This document shows positions 26,748 through 35,530 of a stretch of DNA of 64,000 bases, piece after piece. Source of the stretch: Thermoplasmatales archaeon SW_10_69_26 (lineage in GTDB: Archaea; Thermoplasmatota; SW-10-69-26); the NCBI GenBank assembly GCA_003009755.1, contig PXUB01000032.1, forward strand, positions 32,001-96,000. The letters run 5' to 3'. Made by a program: the position numbers and the translations under genes. The stretch's first letter is position 1, and each line of letters opens with the position of its first letter. The notes under the pieces are model-generated. The model worked only from the letters and a program-made list of their open reading frames with translations. It was not told where the DNA came from and searched no databases.

Positions 26748-27233
26748 TCACTCGATCAGCAGGCGCTCGAGCTCGTCGGTCTCGGCATCCCAGACGCACA
26801 CGCTGGGCGGCGAGGCTCGGTGGACGGCGCCGGGGTTCACCACGCGCGTGTCCCCGATCCGCTCGTCGCGGAACTCGTGCGTGTGGCCGTGGACCACGAG
26901 GTCGAAGGCGCCGGCGTTCACCATGCCCTCGAGCCGGGACTCGTCGTCCCCGTGGATGAGGCCCACCCGCGCCGGGCCGACCTCGATCTGGTGGCGGACG
27001 CCGTAGTCGACGTCGACCGCGTTGTCCTCGATCGCCTGCTGGATGCGCGTGGGGTGGTCGACGTTGCCCTGCGCCAGCCAGACCCGCCAGCCCTCCAGCA
27101 TCGGGACCAGGCGGGCGGTGTTCAGGTCGCCGGCGTGCACGAGGGCCTCGACGTCGGCGTCCCCGAGGAGGCCCAGCGCCTTCCGCGTGCGGTCACGGTT
27201 GTCGTGCGTGTCCGAGATGAGCCCCAACCGCAT
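26748..27233 (-). CDS. YfcE-family metallophosphoesterase
   Basis: ISDTHDN, HAGD, GNVD, HG, HGHTH, NPGA. Confidence 0.9.
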   Translation of the reverse strand: MRLGLISDTHDNRDRTRKALGLLGDADVEALVHAGDLNTARLVPMLEGWRVWLAQGNVDHPTRIQQAIEDNAVDVDYGVRHQIEVGPARVGLIHGDDESRLEGMVNAGAFDLVVHGHTHEFRDERIGDTRVVNPGAVHRASPPSVCVWDAETDELERLLIE

Positions 27234-27374
27234 CGCGTCGGTAACGCCAGACGCCTTCTTTAACGGGCGCCTTTCGGGACGGACGAGCACCGCGGCTGGG
27301 CGGCAGAACAGATCGGAGAAGAGGGGAGGCCGCGCGGGCGCGGCTGGGATAATAACGGAGGGCGGACGCGGTCC

Positions 27375-28376
27375 CTACTCGGGGACCTCGCCCTCTTCCT
27401 CTTCCGTGATCGCCGCGACCAGGGCGCCCTTGGCGTTGGCCGTGAGCGGGTTCTGGGCGCGACGCACGGAAGCGATGTCGAAGGGCAGGTCGGCCTCCTT
27501 GAGCCGCTGTTTGAAGTGCTGGCTGAAGCCCTTCGGCAGCGAGGTTCCGCCGGACACGACGACCGGGACGTCGAGGCCCTCCTCGACGTCGGCCTCGTTG
27601 ATCTCGTCGGCGATCTGCTCGATCACGTAGTCCATGTGCGCCTCGTGGTAGATGGCGAGGGCACCCTGGATGTCGCCGGTGGCGGTCTCGAAGTCCATCT
27701 CGAACTCTTCTTCCTTCTCGCGGGTGACGCGGTCGACCGGGACACCCGTGGAGTTAGCCGCCTGCTTGTCGATCCAGTCGCCACCGCGGGCCACACTGAA
27801 CTGGAGGACCGGGACGGCGTAGTACGACAGGCAGATGTTCGTCATCCCGGCACCGAACGAGACGCCGAGACCGGTGAAGTTGTTGTCCGAGAGCTCGCTG
27901 TAGACGGTGGCCATACCCTCGTTGATCGGGTGCGCGGTGTAGCCCGCGTCCTCGACCAGGGCCTGGACGGTCTTCTGGTGGTACAACGTGTCCAGGTCGG
28001 AGTCGACGGGGTTCGCGGGGCACACGAAGTAGGCGTGCTCCTCACCCTCTTCCTCGGGTTCGCCAAGGATCCGCTCCACCATCATGCGGATCATGGGGAT
28101 GGCCCATTTCTCCTTGCGGGAGAGGATCCCCTCGCTCATGGGGCGACGGGTCTCCTCGTTGAAGATGTTCGCGAAGTTCAGCGCGTCTTCGCCGACGACG
28201 AAGACCTGATCCTCCTTGCGGATGTACAGCACGTCGCTGCGAGAAAGCATCTTCTCGGCGATGTCGCTGTATTCGACCTCCACGAAGGAGTTACGCTGTC
28301 GTTTGAGGACCGTGCGGTCCCCGGAAGGCTTGGCCGACTGGATATTCATCGTGCCGACGTCGATTCCCTTTGCCAA
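27375..28376 (-). CDS. volA: Actin-fold protein, volactin-like
   Basis: GIDVGTMNI phosphate 1, SFGAGMTN phosphate 2, [13 protein letters not shown]; closely resembles haloarchaeal volactin as recalled; TTG start with GGTGA RBS. Confidence 0.85.
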   Translation of the reverse strand: MAKGIDVGTMNIQSAKPSGDRTVLKRQRNSFVEVEYSDIAEKMLSRSDVLYIRKEDQVFVVGEDALNFANIFNEETRRPMSEGILSRKEKWAIPMIRMMVERILGEPEEEGEEHAYFVCPANPVDSDLDTLYHQKTVQALVEDAGYTAHPINEGMATVYSELSDNNFTGLGVSFGAGMTNICLSYYAVPVLQFSVARGGDWIDKQAANSTGVPVDRVTREKEEEFEMDFETATGDIQGALAIYHEAHMDYVIEQIADEINEADVEEGLDVPVVVSGGTSLPKGFSQHFKQRLKEADLPFDIASVRRAQNPLTANAKGALVAAITEEEEGEVPE

Positions 28377-28523
28377 TGTAGATCACCACACCTCGCCGCT
28401 CAGTCCTCGCACGCGGCGATTGTACCCTCTGCTCGCCGCGAAGGGGTCCCTAAAGGCTGGGGTTCCCACTCGCGGCACTTCCCCCAACGAACATATAGGG
28501 GGTTACTGGGAGGAACCCCGCGG

Positions 28524-29399
28524 ATGTCATTGGGAGCCGAACGACTCCAGGCCTGGCGGGACCGACTGAACCCTGAAGCCTCGTCCTCGCGCGTGGGTGC
28601 CGGTTTCGGGGCGATCGCCGCCGGCACGCTACTGGCGATCCTGGGCGTGGCCCTCGTCGTGCTCAACGACATGGCCCTGCTCACACGGCCCTCGTGGCTG
28701 CGCGAGCTCGGCTTCGTGGCCGCCGCCTCGGGCCTCCCGCTGTTCTTCCTCGGGGTCACGATCACGCTCCCCTCCTCCATGTACGAGCGGGCGGCGGTCG
28801 GCATCGGCTCCCTAACCGCCGCCGCGGGGGTCATCGCCTTTTCGGTATGGTACCCCCACAACTGGCACCTCACCGTGCAGGCGCCCAACGGGTACGCGAT
28901 CGGGAGCTACCTCGTCGGCGTGACGACGCTCGCCGGCGGCACCTCCTCCTGCCTGGCCCGCCACCTGGTCAACTCCGTCCGACCGGTGCACAAGGAGCAG
29001 GCCGAGACGGAGGAGGATCGCGAATGGACCGACGAGGACGTGCGCGCGGACATCCGCTGGGCCGAGAAGCAAGGCTACACCTGGGGAGGGATCCCCGACT
29101 CCCAGCCCGAGACCGATATCACGCTGGAGAACCAGGTGGAGGCCGTCGAGTTCAAAGGTCGCGGCGACCAGGTGCTCGTCAGCGAGGAGTCCGCCCAGAC
29201 CAGCGAGGAGGGCTCCCAGCGGCTCAAGGCGATGCGCGGCCGCATGGACGAGGACCGCTCGCGCGTCGATCAGGGAACGATGGACGAGCAGGTCGGTCAC
29301 CTCAAGCAGCTCAAGGCGAAGAAGCGCCGAGAGGAGCAGCGCAAGCGCCAGTCGCTGAGCTGGAAGCTGCGCCACCCGCTCCAGTGGCTGCGCGAGTGA
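28524..29399 (+). CDS. Membrane protein (4 TM, DUF7139-like) with acidic/coiled cytoplasmic tail
   Basis: Four hydrophobic helices ending YPHNW; start ATG 28524; divergent from the actin gene. Confidence 0.65.
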   Translation: MSLGAERLQAWRDRLNPEASSSRVGAGFGAIAAGTLLAILGVALVVLNDMALLTRPSWLRELGFVAAASGLPLFFLGVTITLPSSMYERAAVGIGSLTAAAGVIAFSVWYPHNWHLTVQAPNGYAIGSYLVGVTTLAGGTSSCLARHLVNSVRPVHKEQAETEEDREWTDEDVRADIRWAEKQGYTWGGIPDSQPETDITLENQVEAVEFKGRGDQVLVSEESAQTSEEGSQRLKAMRGRMDEDRSRVDQGTMDEQVGHLKQLKAKKRREEQRKRQSLSWKLRHPLQWLRE

Positions 29400-30407
29400 T
29401 CAGGCCAGGTTCACGACGCCGCCGGTCTCCAGCACGAAGACCACGAAGGCTCCGTAGGCAACCAACAGCGCCACCGCCTCCCAGTTCTCCAGCTCGAGAT
29501 CGGTGCGCATGAACGTGAACAACAGCACCGTCGCGAACGTCAACGCGCCGAACATCGGGATGGCGGCGGCGAAGTCGACGACCGTGGCTCCCGCGACGAG
29601 CACGCCGGCCGGGATCGCCACGCACAGGTCGAAGATGTTGGATCCCAACACGTTCGCCAGCGCCTCGATCTCCCGGTCGCGCCGCGCCGCTCGCAGGCTC
29701 ACGAACGCGTCCGGGAGGCTCGTGGCGGCCGCGACCACCGTCAACCCCCACACGTAGCTCGGGGTGCCCGCCAGCTGCCCGAGGTCGATCGCGGCCCGCA
29801 CCAGGCCCTCGACGGAGACGACGATCAACGCCAGGCCCGCCACCAGCAACCCCCACTCCTTCCACGCGCTCTCGCCGGTTGCCCGCTCCCGGCTGCTCTC
29901 GGCGACATCCGACCACTGCACGAACACGTACAGCCCGTACAGCGCCACGGGTACCAGCGCCAAGCTCCGCGTGATGGAGCCGGCCAGACGCTCGCCGGCC
30001 ACCGGCTCGTAGATCACGGCCAGCGAGAACGTGATGACCAGGACGGCCACCGACAGCATGTAGAACAGGCTCTCCTTGAACACGAGATCGCGGTTGGCCT
30101 CCATCGAATCGGCGCTCAACCCGGCCAACGCTGGCACGATCAAGATGTTGAAGATCGCCGACCCGACGATCGCGCCCACGCCGAGATCGAACTCGCCGTG
30201 GAGCAGCGTCGAGATCACGGTCGTCGACAGCTCCGGGAAGCTGGACCCGACGGCGATCACGACCGCGCCCTCGACGACGGGCGGGAGGCCGTACAGCGCG
30301 CTCAGGCGCGCCGTCGACCGCTCGAGCAACCCGCTGCCGAGCCAGACGACGGCCGAGGATGCCACGGCGAGACCGAGCGCGCCGACGAGCGAGGCCACGT
30401 CGGCCAC
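29400..30407 (-). CDS. Sodium:calcium antiporter (CaCA family)
   Basis: Alpha repeats GSSFPEL..GSAIFN and ATSLPD..GSNIFD. Confidence 0.92.
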   Translation of the reverse strand: MADVASLVGALGLAVASSAVVWLGSGLLERSTARLSALYGLPPVVEGAVVIAVGSSFPELSTTVISTLLHGEFDLGVGAIVGSAIFNILIVPALAGLSADSMEANRDLVFKESLFYMLSVAVLVITFSLAVIYEPVAGERLAGSITRSLALVPVALYGLYVFVQWSDVAESSRERATGESAWKEWGLLVAGLALIVVSVEGLVRAAIDLGQLAGTPSYVWGLTVVAAATSLPDAFVSLRAARRDREIEALANVLGSNIFDLCVAIPAGVLVAGATVVDFAAAIPMFGALTFATVLLFTFMRTDLELENWEAVALLVAYGAFVVFVLETGGVVNLA

Positions 30408-30484
30408 ATCGGCTCACGGTAGAAGAACGGTCGGTCCAGACATCGGCGTCGCTGGTGTCTGCCACCATCAGCTGAGCGGCGGTC

Positions 30485-31747
30485 TCAGCGGGGGAGCTCG
30501 TCGGGGCCGCTGTCGATCCGGTCCAACAGCCGCCGCGCCGGCTCGAACCCCGGCCGCAGCTCCAGCGCCTGCTCGAGCGCCGCCCGCGCCTCGTCGGTCT
30601 CCTCCATCATGAGGCGGGCACGAGCCATGTTCAGGTAGGGGAACTCGGGCGACGCGTAACGCTCGGCCTCGAGGGCCTTCTCGAACCACTCGATCGCCTC
30701 GGCGGGCCGACCCTGCTCCAGACGGTAAGCGCCGATGTCGTTGTAGGGGTTGCCCAGCGTCGGGTCCTCGTCGATCGCCTGCCGGCAGTCCTCGATCGCC
30801 TCCGAGAGGCGCTCCTGCTGGCTGCGGACCCACCCGCGGAAGGTGTAGGCCTCGGCGGTCGGGAGCACCTCGACGGAGGCCGTGTAGGCGAGGGCCGCCT
30901 GCTCGAGGTTGCCCAGCGTCTGCTGCACGTAGCCGAGGTGGAAAGCCACCCGGGCGCCGGCGGCGCGTTCGGGGGCCCGACGCACCAAGCCCTGGTCGGC
31001 GAGCGCGCTGGCGATCGTCTCGTCCACGCTGAGGCCGACCTCGCGCGCCAACCCCGAAGGTCGCTCGTCGGTCCACGCGGTGGCCAACAGCGCTTCCTGG
31101 CGGAGGACATCACCTGCTGTGGGGGCCGGACCGCCGGCTGCGGGCGCCAGCTCGGTGAGCGGCATCGTCGTCTGGGCGTCGCCGTGCTGGACCAACCGAG
31201 CCAGCTCGGGCTCGTCGGGGTCCGGACGCGCCACGAGCACGGTGCCGCCCTCGTCCAACCGGCGCGGCAAGCGGCGGGGAGCGCCCGGGCCGGGATCCCA
31301 CGCCACCACGCGGTCGAAACCGTTCTCGATGCCGTCGGCCTCGTCCAGGCGCACCTGCTCGCGCATCCGGAAGGGTCGCACCGAGCGCCAGCGAGCCCGC
31401 AGCGCCTCGTGCTCCTCCTCGATCCGCACGCGACCGCTGCCGTTCAACGCGTCCGCCGCCAGGCCCAGCCAACCGACGGCTCGGCCCTGCACGAGGACAC
31501 GGTCGCCCGGCGAGATGTCGGCGGCCTCCAGCATCAGCCCCGCGGCCGAGGGCGAGGGGCAGGGAGGGGCCGCCTCGACCGGCGGCAGGCACCCGATCGG
31601 GGCGTCCAGCTCGGCCAGCGGTTCGCACACGCCGGGAACGAGGAGCTTGCGAGGGGTCTGGGCCAGGGCCTGGCGAACCTCGTCGCTGGCGGGAGCCCGC
31701 CGACCGGGCTCGGACGCATCGTCGGGCCGCTGGCTGCCCTCGCTCAT
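30485..31747 (-). CDS. TPR protein with degenerate protein-L-isoaspartate methyltransferase-like N-terminal domain
   Basis: C-terminal TAEAYTFRGW, GNPYNDIGAY, FPYLNMAR TPRs; N-terminal ALAQTPRKLLVP..LMLEAADISPGDRVL. Confidence 0.7.
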   Translation of the reverse strand: MSEGSQRPDDASEPGRRAPASDEVRQALAQTPRKLLVPGVCEPLAELDAPIGCLPPVEAAPPCPSPSAAGLMLEAADISPGDRVLVQGRAVGWLGLAADALNGSGRVRIEEEHEALRARWRSVRPFRMREQVRLDEADGIENGFDRVVAWDPGPGAPRRLPRRLDEGGTVLVARPDPDEPELARLVQHGDAQTTMPLTELAPAAGGPAPTAGDVLRQEALLATAWTDERPSGLAREVGLSVDETIASALADQGLVRRAPERAAGARVAFHLGYVQQTLGNLEQAALAYTASVEVLPTAEAYTFRGWVRSQQERLSEAIEDCRQAIDEDPTLGNPYNDIGAYRLEQGRPAEAIEWFEKALEAERYASPEFPYLNMARARLMMEETDEARAALEQALELRPGFEPARRLLDRIDSGPDELPR

Positions 31748-32525
31748 CGCCTCTCCGTAGAGCCCTGGGGTCTTCAGCCTACCGCTCATGCCCAGCCTCA
31801 CCCAGGTGTCGATCCACGGCGGGAGTTGCCGCGGCCAACCGTCCACTGGACGGAACAGAAACGACTTCGAAACACCCTTCAAGGCGTGTGTTGTTCACCC
31901 GTGCGGGTGGGAACGGACGAACCGGGGCGGGGTCGGTCGGCAACGATCCTTGCTTCTCGCCTCCCAACTGCCTCCCATAGCCTTCCGTCGGTCGGCCTCG
32001 CCCAGCCCACCTCCGTCCGCCCGTCCGCTCTCTGGATCCGTCGAGAGGTCGGTTCGAGCGGATCGCGCTGGCGGCGTCGCTGTATCGGGATACCGCGAGG
32101 GCGCGGTTCCACCCGTGTCTCGGTCGAGAGGGAAACCAACGACGACAAGGCTCTCCACCTCGGACGTTTGCTGCTCTCAAGGGTCGTGACGACGCAAGCG
32201 ATGAGGGGCCGGAGATCGCCGCCGGGCCTTGGAGATCGAATGGACCCCGTCTGAGACAGCTGAATAGCCCTGCCGCAGGTGTATCCCTGCTTCGCGCTGC
32301 TTGCCCGCGAGGGCTCAAACCCGCCGCGGTGGACCGGCGAGCTGTCTCGGTCCGATCGGCGGAGGCCGCTCGCGGTCGAGGATCTGGGGTGTGACACGCG
32401 GTCTCTGCCGAACGCACGCCCGACCGGGACCACCGTCGAGGACATGCCGATCCGAAGGCCGGCGACACGGATCGTCGGATCGCAGGGCCCTCGCGCCCGA
32501 CCCGGGGTCCCTGGAAGACGATGGC

Positions 32526-33077
32526 CTAGTCGGCGATGTCGAAGTCGTGGACCGGTTCGCCGGCCTCGGCGGAGAGGATCGACAAGGCGATCGAGGCGCC
32601 GTCGCCGATGCTGTTGGCCGCCTGGACCTTGTGCGGGCGGATGGCCCAACCCCCCGCGAGGACGCCCTCGCGACTGGTGAAGCCCTCCTTGTCGGCCTCG
32701 ATGACGTCGCCGTCCATCGCCAGATCCAGATCCTCGGCCAGCGATCGATCGGTGCCGGTGGCCAGGACGAGCCGGTCGCCGGTCACCGTGTCGCCGTCCT
32801 CGGTCTCGGCGACGAACGAGCCGTTCGTCTCCCCGGCGCCTGTCACGCGCGCCTCGCGAAGGTCGGCTCCGAAGGAGCGTGCCTGCTCGCGGGCTCGCTC
32901 CATGAACGGCGTCCCGTCTTCGTCCTCGATGCCGAGGATGTTCAGCAACCGAGCCTGGTGCATCGGCGTCTCGTCCTCGCCGAGGACGATCGTGTCCTGC
33001 CCGTTCTTCTCGAGCAGGAGGGCGGCGCTCAACCCTGTGGGGCCATCACCGACAATGACGACGTCCGCGTCAGACAT
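32526..33077 (-). CDS. Short FAD-dependent thioredoxin-reductase-like oxidoreductase
   Basis: VVIVGDGPTGLSAA, LVLATG, TSREGVLAGG, GDGA. Confidence 0.85.
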   Translation of the reverse strand: MSDADVVIVGDGPTGLSAALLLEKNGQDTIVLGEDETPMHQARLLNILGIEDEDGTPFMERAREQARSFGADLREARVTGAGETNGSFVAETEDGDTVTGDRLVLATGTDRSLAEDLDLAMDGDVIEADKEGFTSREGVLAGGWAIRPHKVQAANSIGDGASIALSILSAEAGEPVHDFDIAD

Positions 33078-33196
33078 CAACGTCCGAGTCGACCATCCCA
33101 CGAAAAACCTGGCCTCCGACCTGCGGACCCACGAGGGGGACCAGATCCCTACGTCGGTAACGGCTCGGTACCGGATCGCCGTCGAGATCCGCGATC

Positions 33197-33568
33197 CTAG
33201 CCGTGATCCGGCACGAGGTACTCGGCGTTCCGTTTCAGCTTCTGCAGGTTCTCCGTGGACAGCCCCTCGACGTCCTCGCTGCGAAGATCGAGATCGATGA
33301 GATCCTCGATCGACTCGACGCCGTGGGCGTTCAGCTTCTCTGCCGCCGACGGCCCCAGACCGTCGACGAGCGTCAGATCTCCCGTTTCCTGGGCTTCCAG
33401 CAGCCGTCGGGCGTTGTTGCGGAGCTTGTCGACGTGATCGCGGGAGAGGCCGTCGATCGAACGACCACGCATGTCGATCTCGACCAGTTCCTCGACGGTC
33501 TCGATCCCGGTGTCCCGGAGCTTCGTCGCGGCCGAGGCGCCGACCCCTTTGATATCTTCCAGTTCCAT
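33197..33568 (-). CDS. Tandem helix-hairpin-helix protein
   Basis: LEDIKGVGASAATKLRDTGIETVEEL and LTLVDGLGPSAAEKLNAHGVESIEDL duplication. Confidence 0.8.
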   Translation of the reverse strand: MELEDIKGVGASAATKLRDTGIETVEELVEIDMRGRSIDGLSRDHVDKLRNNARRLLEAQETGDLTLVDGLGPSAAEKLNAHGVESIEDLIDLDLRSEDVEGLSTENLQKLKRNAEYLVPDHG

Positions 33569-33673
33569 CTGGCCACCACTAACAGCTCCTCGTTCATAGT
33601 TGTAAACCCGAAGAACCGTCCCGTTCCCGTCGGGTTCCAGGGGTCGGCGTTCACGCCGACCAGGTCTGAGCTG

Positions 33674-33844
33674 TCACTCGATGAACGCGGTGTCGTCGGG
33701 TCTCCCCTTCGCGAGGATGTCGTGGTCGTCGCAGTAGAAGGTGTCGCCCGCGCGCTTGTACGTCTCTCCGCGCGGCCGTTTGATGTAGGTGGGATCCATC
33801 GCCATCCCGCATTCGGGGCACCGCGGTCGCGGTTTGTTCGGCAT
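33674..33844 (-). CDS. Small CPxCG-type zinc-finger protein (56 aa)
   Basis: Not in ORF track. MPNKPRPRCPECGMAMDPTYIKRPRGETYKRAGDTFYCDDHDILAKGRPDDTAFIE. Confidence 0.7.
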   Translation of the reverse strand: MPNKPRPRCPECGMAMDPTYIKRPRGETYKRAGDTFYCDDHDILAKGRPDDTAFIE

Positions 33845-34142
33845 GCCGTCGGCTGAAGATATTCATCCTCGGTTATCTGTTTACCGGTTCGACGAGAGCG
33901 GAGAAAGGCCGTCTTCGCGATCTCGATCGGACCGACCGTGCGGAGCATCGGGAGCCTGTTGCCGGGTCTCGGCGCCTCCGGCCCGGGATGAGCAGCCAGT
34001 CCCCGCAGCCCGACATCGGGGCCCGGACAGCCCGAGAAGGCACCTTGGATCCCTATTGTCCACCGCGGTGAACGTCCGGCCGAGATGTTCGTACGTCCGA
34101 GCAGATACCTGGAGGCCGCCCCTTCCCCCGACTGGGTCCACA

Positions 34143-34631
34143 ATGCCGATGGACAACATGGAAGCGATGTTCACGCACGAGCTCGAAGACATGTACTCGG
34201 CCGAGCACGAGATCCTCGACGCCCTCGACGAGATGGCCGAGGAGACCGAGGACGAGTCGATCGCGGAGGTGTTCCGCGAACACCGCAACGAGACGGAGGG
34301 CCAGATCGACCGTCTCGAGCAGGTCTTCGACGAGCTCGGCCGATCCCCCAACCAGGAGGAGTGCGAAGCCATCGAGGGCCTGATCGCGGAGCACGAGGAG
34401 ATCAAACAGATGGACCCCAACCCCAAGGTCCTGAACGTCGCGAACACGGTGTCGGCCGAGAAGACCGAGCACTACGAGATCGCAGCCTACGGCAACCTCA
34501 CCAAGCTCGCCCAGCAGATGGGCATGGACGAGGCCAGCGACCTCCTCGGCCAGAACCTCGAGGAGGAGAAACGCATGCTCGGCCGGCTCGAGGACCTCTC
34601 CGAGGAGTACGACTACGAGTCCATCGCCTGA
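34143..34631 (+). CDS. Ferritin-like DUF892 (YciF-type) stress protein
   Basis: ELEDMYSAEHEI, HRNETEGQIDRLEQVF, EKTEHYEIAAYG, LEEEK. Confidence 0.9.
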   Translation: MPMDNMEAMFTHELEDMYSAEHEILDALDEMAEETEDESIAEVFREHRNETEGQIDRLEQVFDELGRSPNQEECEAIEGLIAEHEEIKQMDPNPKVLNVANTVSAEKTEHYEIAAYGNLTKLAQQMGMDEASDLLGQNLEEEKRMLGRLEDLSEEYDYESIA

Positions 34632-34750
34632 CCCCGGCGTCCCCGTCGATCCGGTCCCCGGAGATCGCCGGGGGCCGGTCTCCTCTCCTTCTCCGGATCT
34701 CGCGGCTCCGACACCGTTTTGAATGGGGAACGGCTACCGCCGCTGCTACC

Positions 34751-35096
34751 GGGCGGGTAGCCGGGCTTGGATGTTCCTGCGCCCTTCGGGCGTACTCGCT
34801 GGGGACCGGGACGGTCCCTCGCAGGCGACGGCTTTCGGTGCCGAACCGAAGGTTCCATGGCGCCCGTCTCGTTCACACGCCACGCACTCTGGGCGGGTAG
34901 CCTAGCTTGGATATTCGTACGCCCTTCGGGCGTACTCGACCGAGACCGCCTCCGGCGCGCTCGGTCAGGCGACGGCCTTCGGAGCCGACCGAAGGCCGTA
35001 TCAAGGACCACACGATACGCACCTTCACCCTGGGCGACGGCCTTCGGAGCCGACCGAAGGCCGTATCAAGGACCACACGATACGCACCTTCACCCT
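34751..35096 (+). repeat. Tandem degenerate copies of the tRNA-Arg 5' half with hairpin inserts
   Basis: GGGCGGGTAGCC..CTTGGAT at 34751 and 34891; anticodon-arm copies at 34823, 34967 and 35033; exact 65-nt tandem duplication 34968-35097. Confidence 0.85.
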
Positions 35097-35171
35097 GGGC
35101 GGGTAGCCTAGCTTGGATAAGGCGACGGCCTTCGGAGCCGTAGATCAGGGGTTCGAATCCCTTCCCGCCCG
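35097..35171 (+). tRNA. tRNA-Arg (anticodon TCG), intronless, CCA not encoded
   Basis: Cloverleaf: GGGCGGG/CCCGCCC acceptor, GCCT/AGGC D-arm, ACGGC-CTTCGGA-GCCGT anticodon arm, AGGGG-TTCGAAT-CCCTT T-arm. Confidence 0.95.
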
Positions 35172-35525
35172 TACCGCGAAGAGGAAGGGATGAGAACCCC
35201 CTGGGGTTCGTGCTGAGATCCGGTGGAGATCGCTCGGATCTCAGCAGAGTACGAGGCGAGCAGAGCGAGCCTCGTACGGAAATCCCTTCCCGCCCGTACC
35301 GCGAAGAGGAAGGGATGAGAACCCTTGGGTTCGTCCCGAGAGACGATTCAACCGTGCGTCTCTCGGGAGAGGACGGATCTCTGATCCGTCCGGAAATCCC
35401 TTCCCGCCCGTACCGCGAAGAGGAAGGGATGAGAACCCTTGGGTTCGTGCTGAGGCGCGGTGGAGATGGTCGCGTCTCAGGAGACCCCGGATCTCTGATG
35501 CGGGCGGAGGTCCCCTTCCCGCCCG
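35156..35525 (+). repeat. Tandem array of tRNA 3'-end-derived ~115-125-nt units
   Basis: AATCCCTTCCCGCCCGTACCGCGAAGAGGAAGGGATGAGAACCC at 35156, 35281 and 35395; degenerate fourth copy near 35510. Confidence 0.9.
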
Positions 35526-35530
35526 CTTCC

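Noticed and set aside
31880-32520. ORFs in the ~600-bp gene-poor stretch
   Set aside because: All frames are R/P/S-rich and lack the host's acidic composition; no repeats or RNA structure could be supported
34751-34987. Intron-containing or split tRNA genes
   Set aside because: No bulge-helix-bulge could be drawn at the D-loop inserts, no matching complete 3' half exists, and an intact tRNA is adjacent
35156-35525. CRISPR array
   Set aside because: Repeats are ~55 nt and tRNA-derived, spacers are palindromic and related to each other, and no cas genes are in the window
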